Shown here: piece after piece, positions 13,835-23,757 of the stretch | Layout: every line of letters starts with the position of its first letter | How positions within the stretch are numbered: the first letter of the stretch is position 1 | DNA from: Octopus sinensis | Taxonomy: Eukaryota | Assembly: GCF_006345805.1 (NCBI RefSeq) | Contig: NC_042999.1 | Span: 65,720,001 to 65,784,000, forward strand | Reading direction: 5' to 3' | Length of the DNA: 64,000 nucleotides | Translations under genes and position numbers: made by a program | Notes under the pieces: generated by a model | Seen by the model: the letters and a program-made list of their open reading frames with translations, nothing else | Told to the model about the DNA's origin: nothing | Database searches by the model: none

Positions 13835-14112
13835 CAAATACCAACAGAACGGAACAACCACCAAGAAATCCTACCACACTCTACACCAGAAAAGTACACC
13901 TAAAACACACCCCACACTACCTACACCAACCCCAAAACACCTACAGAGGCCCACCACACCAGTTCGAAAATAGACATACCAACAGAGCAGAACAACTACC
14001 AAGAAATCCAAACACACTCTACACCAGAAAAATGCATTTAAAACGCACCCCACACTACCTACACCAACCCCAAAACACTTATAGGGTCCCACCACACATT
14101 CCACGAACCTAA
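13830..14112 (+). pseudogene. ORF1 fragment with a 138-bp (46-aa) tandem duplication
   Basis: Units start at ~13839 and ~13977 (TNRTEQPPRNPTTLYTRKVHLKHTPHYLHQPQNTYRGPPH / TNRAEQLPRNPNTLYTRKMHLKRTPHYLHQPQNTYRVPPH). Confidence 0.5.
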
Positions 14113-14209
14113 GAGCCACAACATACAATACTATAAAATACAACCCACATAACCAAACCAAAACGCTACTACCAAACATCCACCCCAGGAACCAACCATA
14201 CAACCATAA

Positions 14210-14452
14210 CAAACAACAAATGCACTACGGAGGAAACAACTACCAACACATATACCTGATGAACTAAGACGGAACACTAGGTTCAACAACAGACTCCAGA
14301 ACAGAGCACCACAAACTCACTCTGACAATTATAACAACATGAGACAGATAAATAATAGCTTTGAACATAACTACACCAACCATTTTTTAGACCTTACACA
14401 CAGGAACAGGGACACACGATGGCAAAGGACAAACAAAAGAAACCTCAGGTAA
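14210..14452 (+). pseudogene. C-terminal remnant of an upstream ORF1 (…NYTNHFLDLTHRNRDTRWQRTNKRNLR*) overlapping the RT ORF
   Basis: 80 open codons between TAA 14207-14209 and TAA 14450-14452. The stop lies 34 nt into ORF2, whose frame is -1 relative to this one. Confidence 0.55.
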
Positions 14453-16716
14453 TTAAGATAATCAATCTCTCAAACAAAGAACTTACACCTAACGAAATAA
14501 GCATACTCTCCAAAGGACTTAAATTTACACCTACCCCACAACGTTCTAATTACTATGAAATGAAAGATGATATTTCGGAATTTTGCAGAAAACTAAGACT
14601 CACCGAGGCATTTCAAGACAAACAAATAGAGGAGGACTCAATAGCTAGAAACAAGAGCAATTACACCCCCACCAAGGGAAAGAATAAAGCCTTAGACCGC
14701 TATTGTGACTACATAACTAATTTCCCGTTTCAATTCATCAAGAAACAAAAACACAGCCCTAACTTCAACAAAAGAGAATGGAACGACCTCATCAAACTAA
14801 GAGAAGACAAAACAATAACAATTAAGGAGGCAGATAAGGGCAACGCGATAGTAATAATGAATACAAACGATTATAAAAATTTAGTGCTATCCCTATTAAG
14901 AGATGAAACGTATTATGAAAGGGCCCAACAGTATAACCAGCAAAAAATAATGCATAACCTTAGGACATTAATCAACACATACCAAGAAGGACTCACGAAC
15001 AAGGAGTATGAATACATCACTAACTTCAAATACAAATCGAGTTTGTTCTATGGTATCCCTAAGGTACACAAAAGCCAAACCATTAGAGAAACGTGCAAAA
15101 CATCCACCGACACACTCATCAAAATCCCTTCACCAAATGATCTTAAACTAAGACCGATAATAGCAGGGCCAGCATGTGAAACTCACCGCCTCAGCAATTT
15201 CTTAGACACACTTCTTAAACCTTTCCTAAAACACATCAAAAGCTACGTAAGAGACGATATAAATATGCTCAACCACCTCCCTAAAACAGTCAATGAGAAA
15301 ACCCTTCTAGTATCATTCGACGTAGTTAATTGTTATTCTAACATCCCTCACAACCTAGGAATAGAAGCAATCACCTTCTGGCTGAATAACTACCCCTTTG
15401 AACTCCCAACTCGCATAAACAAAGACCTTATAATAGAAGGACTTAGATTCATTTTAGAGAACAATTATTTTATTTTTGACAATGATTTCTACAGGCAAAG
15501 ATCGGGAACAGCGATGGGCACGCGTACTGCACCATCTTTTGCCAACCTAGTGATGGGATACCTCGAGAAAATACTATACCGGATAACACTCGAGAAATAT
15601 GGAAACACCTTCGCCACCTATATCCATAACAACTGGAAAAGATACCTCGATGACTGTTTCATCATCTGGGACAAAGGTATAGAGAAACTTGAGGAATTTA
15701 AAATATTATTAAATGGAATAAATGACAATATACAATTTACGATGGACCACAACGAAAAAGAATTACCATTTTTAGACATCCTCATTAAGAAAAACGGCAA
15801 CAAAATAGAGACAGATATCTACTATAAACCGACAGACTCTAAACAGTACCTACCCTTTGATTCATGCCACCCACGACACACTAGAATGAATGTCCCTTTT
15901 TGTTTAGCTAGAAGGATTTGCACCATAATATCAGACACAAACACCCGACACACACGCCTCCAGGAACTTAGAACCACACTCACAAATAGAAACTATCCAC
16001 AGCCCCTAATAGACAGTGCAATCCAACGGGTACTTAAATTAAGTATAGAAGACCTGAGACAAACAAAACCAAAAAAAAAAAAACAATTAAAAACCCTTCC
16101 CTACATCTCTACACACAACCCACTCAACAATGAGGCCTTCAACACCATACTACAAAGCACAGCCCTACTAAAGGGAGACCCAAAGATGAACCGGATCCTC
16201 GAAACACACACCATCATTAAAAGTAAACGGCAACCAAAATCCTTGAAAAGGATTTTAACCCAAGCTACACTGCACTCAACATCAACCACAAAACCAGCAG
16301 TTAGAAAATGTGGAAGGCCCAACTGCGGAATTTGTGTCATCTTGAAAGAAGGATCAGAATTTATACTGGAACAAGGCCACCAGTTCACCATTAGAACAAA
16401 CTTCACCTGCGCATCAGAAAACTTAATTTACGTCATAACATGCGCAGGCTGCAATAGGCAGTATATAGGCCATACAAAAAATAGCTTACGTAACAGGATG
16501 GCGGTGCATAAATCACAAATTAGAAACCCTGATTACCGCAAAATACCGGTCAGCGGACACATAGATAGATGTGCTGGAAATGTAAATCCGAAATTTACAA
16601 CTAACCCGCTCTATAAATTCAGTGACAACGCAACCTTCACACAACGCCAAAATAAAGAACTATATTTCATAAAAAAATTTAGACCAAGTTTAAACACCCT
16701 GGGCCAGGAATACTAA
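14419..16716 (+). CDS. Penelope-like retroelement polyprotein (RT + GIY-YIG endonuclease), probably Neptune clade; uninterrupted 765 aa
   Basis: PLE RT motifs GIPKVHK, LRPIIAG, SFDVVNCYSNIP, GTAMGTRTAPSFANLVMG, RYLDD, LPFLDILI, YYKPTDSKQYLPFDSCHP. Cys linker CGRPNCGIC. GIY-YIG motifs NLIYVITCAGCNRQYIGHT, LRNRMAVHK, ELYFIKKFRPSLN. Confidence 0.95.
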   Translation: MAKDKQKKPQVIKIINLSNKELTPNEISILSKGLKFTPTPQRSNYYEMKDDISEFCRKLRLTEAFQDKQIEEDSIARNKSNYTPTKGKNKALDRYCDYITNFPFQFIKKQKHSPNFNKREWNDLIKLREDKTITIKEADKGNAIVIMNTNDYKNLVLSLLRDETYYERAQQYNQQKIMHNLRTLINTYQEGLTNKEYEYITNFKYKSSLFYGIPKVHKSQTIRETCKTSTDTLIKIPSPNDLKLRPIIAGPACETHRLSNFLDTLLKPFLKHIKSYVRDDINMLNHLPKTVNEKTLLVSFDVVNCYSNIPHNLGIEAITFWLNNYPFELPTRINKDLIIEGLRFILENNYFIFDNDFYRQRSGTAMGTRTAPSFANLVMGYLEKILYRITLEKYGNTFATYIHNNWKRYLDDCFIIWDKGIEKLEEFKILLNGINDNIQFTMDHNEKELPFLDILIKKNGNKIETDIYYKPTDSKQYLPFDSCHPRHTRMNVPFCLARRICTIISDTNTRHTRLQELRTTLTNRNYPQPLIDSAIQRVLKLSIEDLRQTKPKKKKQLKTLPYISTHNPLNNEAFNTILQSTALLKGDPKMNRILETHTIIKSKRQPKSLKRILTQATLHSTSTTKPAVRKCGRPNCGICVILKEGSEFILEQGHQFTIRTNFTCASENLIYVITCAGCNRQYIGHTKNSLRNRMAVHKSQIRNPDYRKIPVSGHIDRCAGNVNPKFTTNPLYKFSDNATFTQRQNKELYFIKKFRPSLNTLGQEY

Positions 16717-16885
16717 AACAAAAGATAAGTCCTCCGAAAAGGAGAAGCAAAATTCCACCACGGCCGCTACCTTAAACAGACACTCGCACTGACGGAAATA
16801 TGCCTTAGTAAAAAAGGGAAAAAAATTCTTTCGTGCAAATCTGACCCTGATACATACGATACAGCTAAGGGTCAGACCCGATTCT

Positions 16886-17275
16886 GATTGGTCAACAAGT
16901 TGATGACGTCTAGTTCTGCTAGAATGGACAGGATACAAACAGGGGACAGTCATTAGTCAGAATATTGATGACGTCCTTTTCTGCTTGACTAGTCACCTAA
17001 CAAGTACAGACAGGGGGCAGATCTAATGTAGCTATAAGTCGTGATTGGGCAGAATCTGGATGACGTCCCGTTCTGCTTGACTAACGAAGCGACTGGTCAA
17101 AACAGGAAACAGACAAGAGGCAGTTATACGATTGGACAAAATAATGATGACGTCCCGTTCTGCTTGACTAAAGCCACCTAACGAAACGATTGGTCAAAAC
17201 GTTGATGACGTCACGCTACGCTGGACTGACCACCTAACAGGCATTATAAAACCGAGCAATTCACAAGACTCACTA
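16886..17275 (+). promoter_or_regulatory. Candidate PLE pseudo-LTR promoter: 5 x (CCAAT box/ATTGG - 12 nt - CRE-like TGACGTC), TATA box, Inr
   Basis: ATTGG at 16887, 16952 (ATTAG), 17044, 17131, 17189; TGACGTC at 16904, 16969, 17061, 17148, 17206; TATAAAA 17245-17251; CTCACT with A at 17272. Confidence 0.65.
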
Positions 17276-17733
17276 GAACCACCCAGCGAACACCCACCAT
17301 GGGTCATCACAATTGCTTAAGGTAAAAATGAATTCCTCGCTCTTTCGGAAACATCAATCTTCTGTATTGACTGCTTTCCACCACTTTGATCTGTTTTTTG
17401 TATTGAATACGTATCGCCACCGTGGGCCACTGCTTCGAACACTTTGAACATATAGCATGAATGAACTTACTTCAAACTATATATCAACTATACATGAACT
17501 CTAAGATGTCTGACTCCGTTGTGTATTATAAATGAATTTCTTGTGTTTGACGGCATGAGCTGTCTTTTTTTATATATAACCTTTTTTTGATAAATTTCAT
17601 TTCAGGAACTGAAACATGTTATAATGTATATATAAAAATTAAAAATTGTTTAATATAGCAGCATTTTCGAACTTCATTTTTTACAAATATATACCTACTC
17701 GTATACGAGCTAATCTTAATATAAATATATATA

Positions 17734-17764
<31 letters not shown>

Positions 17765-18824
17765 CCCACATGGAGGGGAAGCCGGTCCTTCACAGGATTA
17801 CTCATTTTACCAACCGAGTGGACTGGGGAAATGAAGTGTCTTGCTCAAAAACAAATCGGGTCACTCGGTCCAGGAATCGAAACCACAACCTTAGGATCGG
17901 GAGTCCAAAATCCTAACCACTAAGCTACGCATCTCCACAAGTGTAGGTGGTGATATATGAAATAATATTTCTTTCAGTTGAGAACTATAATGAATGTCGG
18001 AAACGATCAATTGAAAACACTTCATCTATCCATCCCGAAAATTCGAAATCTGAACGTAAGGTAGCAGAAAATCTGCATGACAATTTCGCTGGCTTAATTA
18101 TGTATTACGAGGCAATTTACAGACCTCTGTTACTTTACACCTCTTCCTTACAGCACTAATAGTACAAAGGTATATACTATACTACATGGTCACTGTTTTA
18201 CTTGAGAACTGTATTAAATAAATTGTAATTTGTGGATACGATGTCGTAATGTATTCCCAGTCGGACGAAATTTACTTTACTTTTCCTGTTTATGAGCTTG
18301 GCAAACGCAAGATGGTCACGAATATATTTCGTATTTCCCTTGAAACATTGAACCACTATAATTTCTTCCCACTCAGAAATGGAAAAAAAATAATAATATA
18401 ACAATTTAGCAATCAATAATTCTACAGACTTTGACAATAATGATGACTAATCATTTAAAAATATTCCTTCTACAATAACGAAAGAGCTTTACAAGTAACT
18501 GTACGATCAATACAAATAGTTTTCTCACAAAAATTGACCTCATGCTGGTCCCACCAGCGGTCGTTTCATTTTTAAGAGTACCTCCATTCTATTGCTTGTT
18601 TCATCTTGAAGCTATAATTATGTTGTGCAGAATACGAATAATTTTGGCAATGCCGCTGGTTTTATTTTATCTTCGATAGATTTTCGCTCTTTTCAGTGGC
18701 GGTTCACAAAATATAGGAGGCAAGAAAGTTGTTTGCTGATGTTTATTTGTACACAGAGGCACACATACACGAACACACATATGTATACAAAAATATATAT
18801 ATACATATGTGTCGCCATGATAGA

Positions 18825-18928
18825 TCGTTAGGCACTACACACATTCTTTTCTCTCCTTGTTTTTTCTGTCCCTTTCTGTAGAAGAGCGTAGGCTCGAAAC
18901 GTAAAATATTTTTTTCGTAAACTCTCCC
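18825..18928 (+). mobile_element. Short PLE 3'-end fragment with hammerhead-like motif (18872-18906)
   Basis: CTTT-CTGTAGA-A-GAGC-GTAG-GCTC-GAAACGTA-AAA; ends …CTCTCCC|TA. Confidence 0.6.
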
Positions 18929-18978
18929 TATACATATGTGCGTGTGTGTATGTATATATGATTTATATGTATTATATA

Positions 18979-20240
18979 TTGGGTTGGTCCATAATTATTG
19001 CGCCTCTTTTTCAACAAATTCTATTTAACAAAAACGTTAAGAATATTCAACGAACACCTCTTTAAATGGCGTCGGCTTTTTCTCATAAAAATGCATATCG
19101 AAAATCCTATCCACATTCGTCATATTATGCTCTACCACTTCGAGGAATGTTGACATGCAGCACAGATATTTCGCATTCTCGATGAACGTTTTGGTGAAGG
19201 AACAAGCAGCAAAAGCCAAGTTAAAACATGGTTCAGGAAGTTCAAATTGCGGGATACAAACCTCGCAGAAGACAAAGCAAGCGGTCGATCATCAAATGTC
19301 AACAAACAGGCACATATGGCAGCCGTGAAAGAGGACGAAAGCTTGACAAAGGGAATGTTGGCCGAAGACTCCAATGTGGACCATTGGACCATCGTTCGTC
19401 GTCTCAAAAAGCTCGGAAAAGTATGGGAATAGCCTTGATGCGTCTCCCACGAACTCTCCGATAACGACAAAACCGAACGTGTCTAAATTTTACCAGTTTG
19501 CTGCAGCGAAATGAGCAAACTCAGTTTCTGAAGAATCTCGTCACTGGAGATGTATCGTGGCTTCTCTTCAAAAACGTCAAATGAAAGGCTTGCGTTTCCC
19601 CAGGTGTTTAACCGAAAGGCGTCCACTGTAAGAAGGCAATGCGGTGTGTTTGGTGGGACAGAAGCGGTATCGTTCACTGGGAAATTATCTAAAACGGGAT
19701 TTGTTATTGGTGGAATGACAACGATAAGCGTCACCAGTGGCGGATTCCGGACAAAAACGGTGAGCGGAAATTAAATAATCACAGAGACTTTTATCTAACT
19801 CAACTTGAACGCATTCTTCGCGATGCAATCGAGACGAAAAGACCGCGTAAAAAGAACCATATCGTCTTCCACCTCGATAATGCGTGTCTACATGTTGAGC
19901 GGTGTGTCGTCGAATCTATCGTTAATAAGGCCTGGGAGCTGCTTCGTCATCCGCCATAATCTCCCACAGAATCGCCTACAGATTATCACGTCAATTAATC
20001 GCCGAAAGATTTGCTCGCTAACAAAGTTTCCGACGACTTGGTTGACTTTATAGCCGCCGTCAGAGTGGATTGCCTCTAAGAACTGTAACCTCTTCGCCCG
20101 TGAAAACGGCCGTCTGCCAAGCAAATGGGAAGCTGTAATTGAAGTATAGGGTGAATATGATCCGAAATATGTTACATGTTATTGTTTTTGTTGAAAAAAA
20201 TTCGTTGAAAAAAAACCGCAGTAATTATGCACCATCCCAA
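18979..20240 (+). mobile_element. Full-length but inactivated mariner transposon (1262 bp, TA TSD)
   Basis: TIRs TTGGGTTGGTCCATAATTATTGCG / TTGGGATGGTGCATAATTACTGCG, TA on both sides. Broken transposase with HWTIVRRLKKLGKV, LVTGDVSWLLFKN, SPTESPTDYH. Confidence 0.92.
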
Positions 20241-20264
20241 TATACACGGTATGTATGTATATAT

Positions 20265-20790
20265 CCCCTTGACCGACCAGTCTGTCGGGCGTCGATTTGA
20301 CAACGCTGGACACAGCACGCTGTCCACTCCTCTCTGGATCGCGTCTTCGTCATCCACGTTATCCCAATCGCCCTCCTGAAATCGTAACTCCACCGTCGTG
20401 GAGGCCTTCTGAGTGGTTGTTTCTGCTCGCGCGGGTATCATTCGACAACTGCGCGGGTCCACTTGCTGCATGTATATTCTACGAAGACATCCCTCATGCT
20501 GGACTTCTGTCTGATGACCTCGCTACTGATATGCTCTCTCAACAAGAGTCCAAGCATTGACCTCTCCATGGCTCTTTGAGCCTTTACCAACCTCTGTTCT
20601 TCTCTCTTTGTTGTAGCCCATGTTTCACTACCATATAACATCGCTGGTAAAACTGTTCTATTGATGAAGTTGGCGCGGGTGGTCCTGTCCAACCTTCCCT
20701 TCAGCACATTCCTTATGTCATTAAAGCGTCTTCCATCCGGCCCTTACTTCTCCGTGAGATCTCCTTTTCGATATCTCGGCACATATTCGC
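20265..20790 (-). mobile_element. RTE-clade LINE 3' fragment
   Basis: RANFINRTVLPAMLYGSETWATTKREEQRLVKAQRAMERSMLG…RRPPRRW. Confidence 0.85.
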
Positions 20791-21254
20791 TTCCTGTCCC
20801 AGGTAGACATATTACTTTACCTCCTCTATTTCATCACTGCCGGACACCATTCGAACTGTTGGTACACACATATATATATATAAGTTCAGCAAAATTTAGA
20901 TTCAGATGAATATGGTACTTAAGTCAGAGGAACCAGAATTTTGTATGGCATTATCCATATAAATCCATGGCATGATTATAATCAAAATAAGCAACAAGTA
21001 TATCTTAGGCAAATGGTACAATCTTTTCATGCTACTTCGTTTTATTAAACACTAAGTATTACATCAATTTTAAAGTGTTGAGCAATCTTCCGCCATTTAT
21101 AGAAGTTTTCCATCAAACGGACAATACATATTCTTATTTCTATTTCGTTTGCCAACATTATAAAGAGGGTGGATATACAGACAGAGAGGTTGATTCCATT
21201 CTTAAGAACATGATAGTATTAAAATTTACTCTGACTATAGATTTTTCACTTAGT

Positions 21255-21319
<65 letters not shown>

Positions 21320-22799
21320 ACATATGTGTGTGTATATATGTGTGTGTGTGTATAAATCCTACTTTTCCAGTTACCATAGGTATTATTTCTATTGTTTGTA
21401 GCGTCTTTCAATGGTTAGATGGATTCTGTGAAGAAATGGAATTGATAATGCTGCCCTCCTTTCCGTTTGTTGCCATAACATCAAGCTCGTCTCAGTTATC
21501 AAACAGCACGTTATCAGACGCTGACTTAAATACACACTTATCTATTCCATGTTGTTATCTCAATATTTTCTGCAAAATATTGAACACCTACACGTCCTTA
21601 AACACTAATCCAATGTAATATCAACTGTAAATTCCATATAACGAAGCGCGGCTTTGACACACTAAAGCACACCACTTCGGACATTCTTAAACCTTTTTGT
21701 TCTGTGCTAGCCCTTCCTGGAGATTCTACACACATTCCCGCACCTACATATTCATCTCCATGTTTTTATCGAAGGCTCGTCCTTCACTACATATAGTAGT
21801 AGCGTCGGTAGGGCTTTTCTGTTTTGCATTCTGTATTTCATTTATCACTTTATGGTCTGCAGTGAGCGAACTAGTAATTTTCCTAGATTGTTTACAGAAG
21901 CTGCTTCTTTTGCAAATTCCTCGATTCGATGGACTCAGTTTGATTTTAATTTCCCTAAGTGGAATTTTTACGTGAGATTATCTTCTCTTATTAGGTTATT
22001 TATTTAAGAACGTTAAGACATATGTTCTTAGGTTCCCAAGAAGTGCTTGCGCTCTCTCTCTCTCACTGAAGAATATATTTTTTGTTAATCGCGGGCTTTC
22101 ATTCTGCAACATATTTACTGTATATAACGTCCATTATTAACATATATTGCTTCGATTTTATGTCATTGCTAGCATAAAATTATTTGTCCCACCACTTTAA
22201 GCCCTTTCGTGTATCACATCTTGTATACATGTTATTTCCCTGCCATTCATGCAATATGTATGATACACATTCCCAATATTTTTTCAACCACCAGCACATA
22301 TGAAACGAAAGCTTTATGTTACTCGGTAGTAAATACTTCGAGGTCTAACTAAAAAGTATAAAAGACTAGACTTGACGTTTTGTACAAACAAGTCAAAATG
22401 CTTCGGAGAAGCAAGGGTTAAGTTAATACACTGATCAGTGTTCGTTTTCCAAAAACCTCATATATTTCACATTATTTACGTTGAAGTAGAGGTTATCTGT
22501 TAATTAAGGCCAGAGAGGATTCATAAACATTAAACTCAGCATATGGTGACAAGTGAATAATGAAATATAGACAAACGTTGGCAATATGTTCAGTTAATAA
22601 TTTATTGTTTTCATGAACTGATTGTATCGGTCATCCGTATAATTTATATGTTTTAACGTTGACCTAGTTTGTTTGTTTTCTTGTTTTTAGTTATTTTCGT
22701 AGACTGCGTTATATAGCATTTCATCTCATTCTTTCTTTGTAGCGGTACTAAAACCACCGATAGTTATCCGAAGCGTGGTTATATTTGTTTCTGTATTGC

Positions 22800-23176
22800 T
22801 CAAAGGGGACTAAACATAGAGAGGAAAAACAAAGGTATTAAGTCGATTACATCGACCCCGGTGCGTAACTGGTACTTAATTCATCGACCCCAAAAGGATG
22901 AAAGGCGAAGGTGACCTCGGCGGAATTTGAACTTAAAACGTAACGGCAGACGAAATACTGCTAAGTAATTTTCACGGTGTGCTAACATTTCTTATTTCTT
23001 TATTGCCCACGTCGATTACATGGACCGTACTGCGTAAGTGGTACATAATTTATCGAGCTCGAAAGGATGAAAGGCAAAGTGGACCTCAGCAGAATTTGAA
23101 CTCAGTACGTAACGGCAGACGAAAGAGCGCTAAATAATTCGCCCGGCGTGCTAACGTTTCTGCCAGCTCGCCGCCA
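22800..23176 (-). mobile_element. Two tandem SINE A copies
   Basis: Repeated GATGAAAGGC…GAATTTGAACT…GGCAGACGAAA. Confidence 0.85.
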
Positions 23177-23630
23177 GCGACGTTATATTGCTAGATGAAA
23201 ATTTTGTGAATGAATAATTTGATTATATTCGTATTATAAAATATTATTGATATTATGTCTTAAAAAGCGAATTATTATTATATCCTTGTGTAATACAAAA
23301 TTAAATCTTCTTGCATCGTCTTCAATTATTTCAATTATGTACGAATCGTGCGTAAAAATAATTTTTATTTACGTTGTGTTATTCATACTTTTTACTTCAG
23401 TTCGTTCCTACCGCACCTCCGTCTAGACAGTAGTAAGATTTATTTCAAAGAAAAAATTTTGATTAATTTGATTCAATTAACATATATGTAGGAGTTGCGG
23501 TGTGAAGAAATGTTTCATTTCCAACGATATGATTTACGTGGCACATTGGGAAAATATCTCCTAATTTAGACCCGAGCCGACGCAAAAAGTTTGCGTGGAT
23601 TTCGTAGGCAGGTGGAAAATAAAATAAAAG

Positions 23631-23698
<68 letters not shown>

Positions 23699-23757
23699 CA
23701 CAAAAGACGGAATTTCGATTATCTCTACGTGGTAAGTTGCAATGTAAAAAATATATA

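Larger units (their letters stand above)
13830..17722 (+). mobile_element. 5'-truncated Penelope-like element (ORF1 remnant, RT-EN ORF, 3' pseudo-LTR-like region) between two (TA)n tracts
   Basis: A/C-rich unique sequence starts right after (TA)n at ~13760-13829; the next (TA)n starts at ~17722. The 3' boundary is inferred. Confidence 0.75.

Noticed and set aside
15618-16953. Antisense ORFs over the PLE ORF
   Set aside because: Shadow frames of the coding strand; no independent evidence.
16886-17244. Repeat array read as CRISPR or as tandem hammerheads (UGAUGA; GAAAC…GUC at ~17183-17195)
   Set aside because: Repeats are degenerate, spacers share sub-motifs, the context is eukaryotic and there are no cas genes. 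C3 is missing, and helix I and helix II do not pair.
17586-17622. TGATAA…GAAACATGT as the large PLE's hammerhead
   Set aside because: Core lacks C3 and G8; helix II is not closed next to the core.
21420-21960. Possible LINE or zinc-finger relic on the minus strand
   Set aside because: Many stops; no diagnostic motif recognised with confidence.
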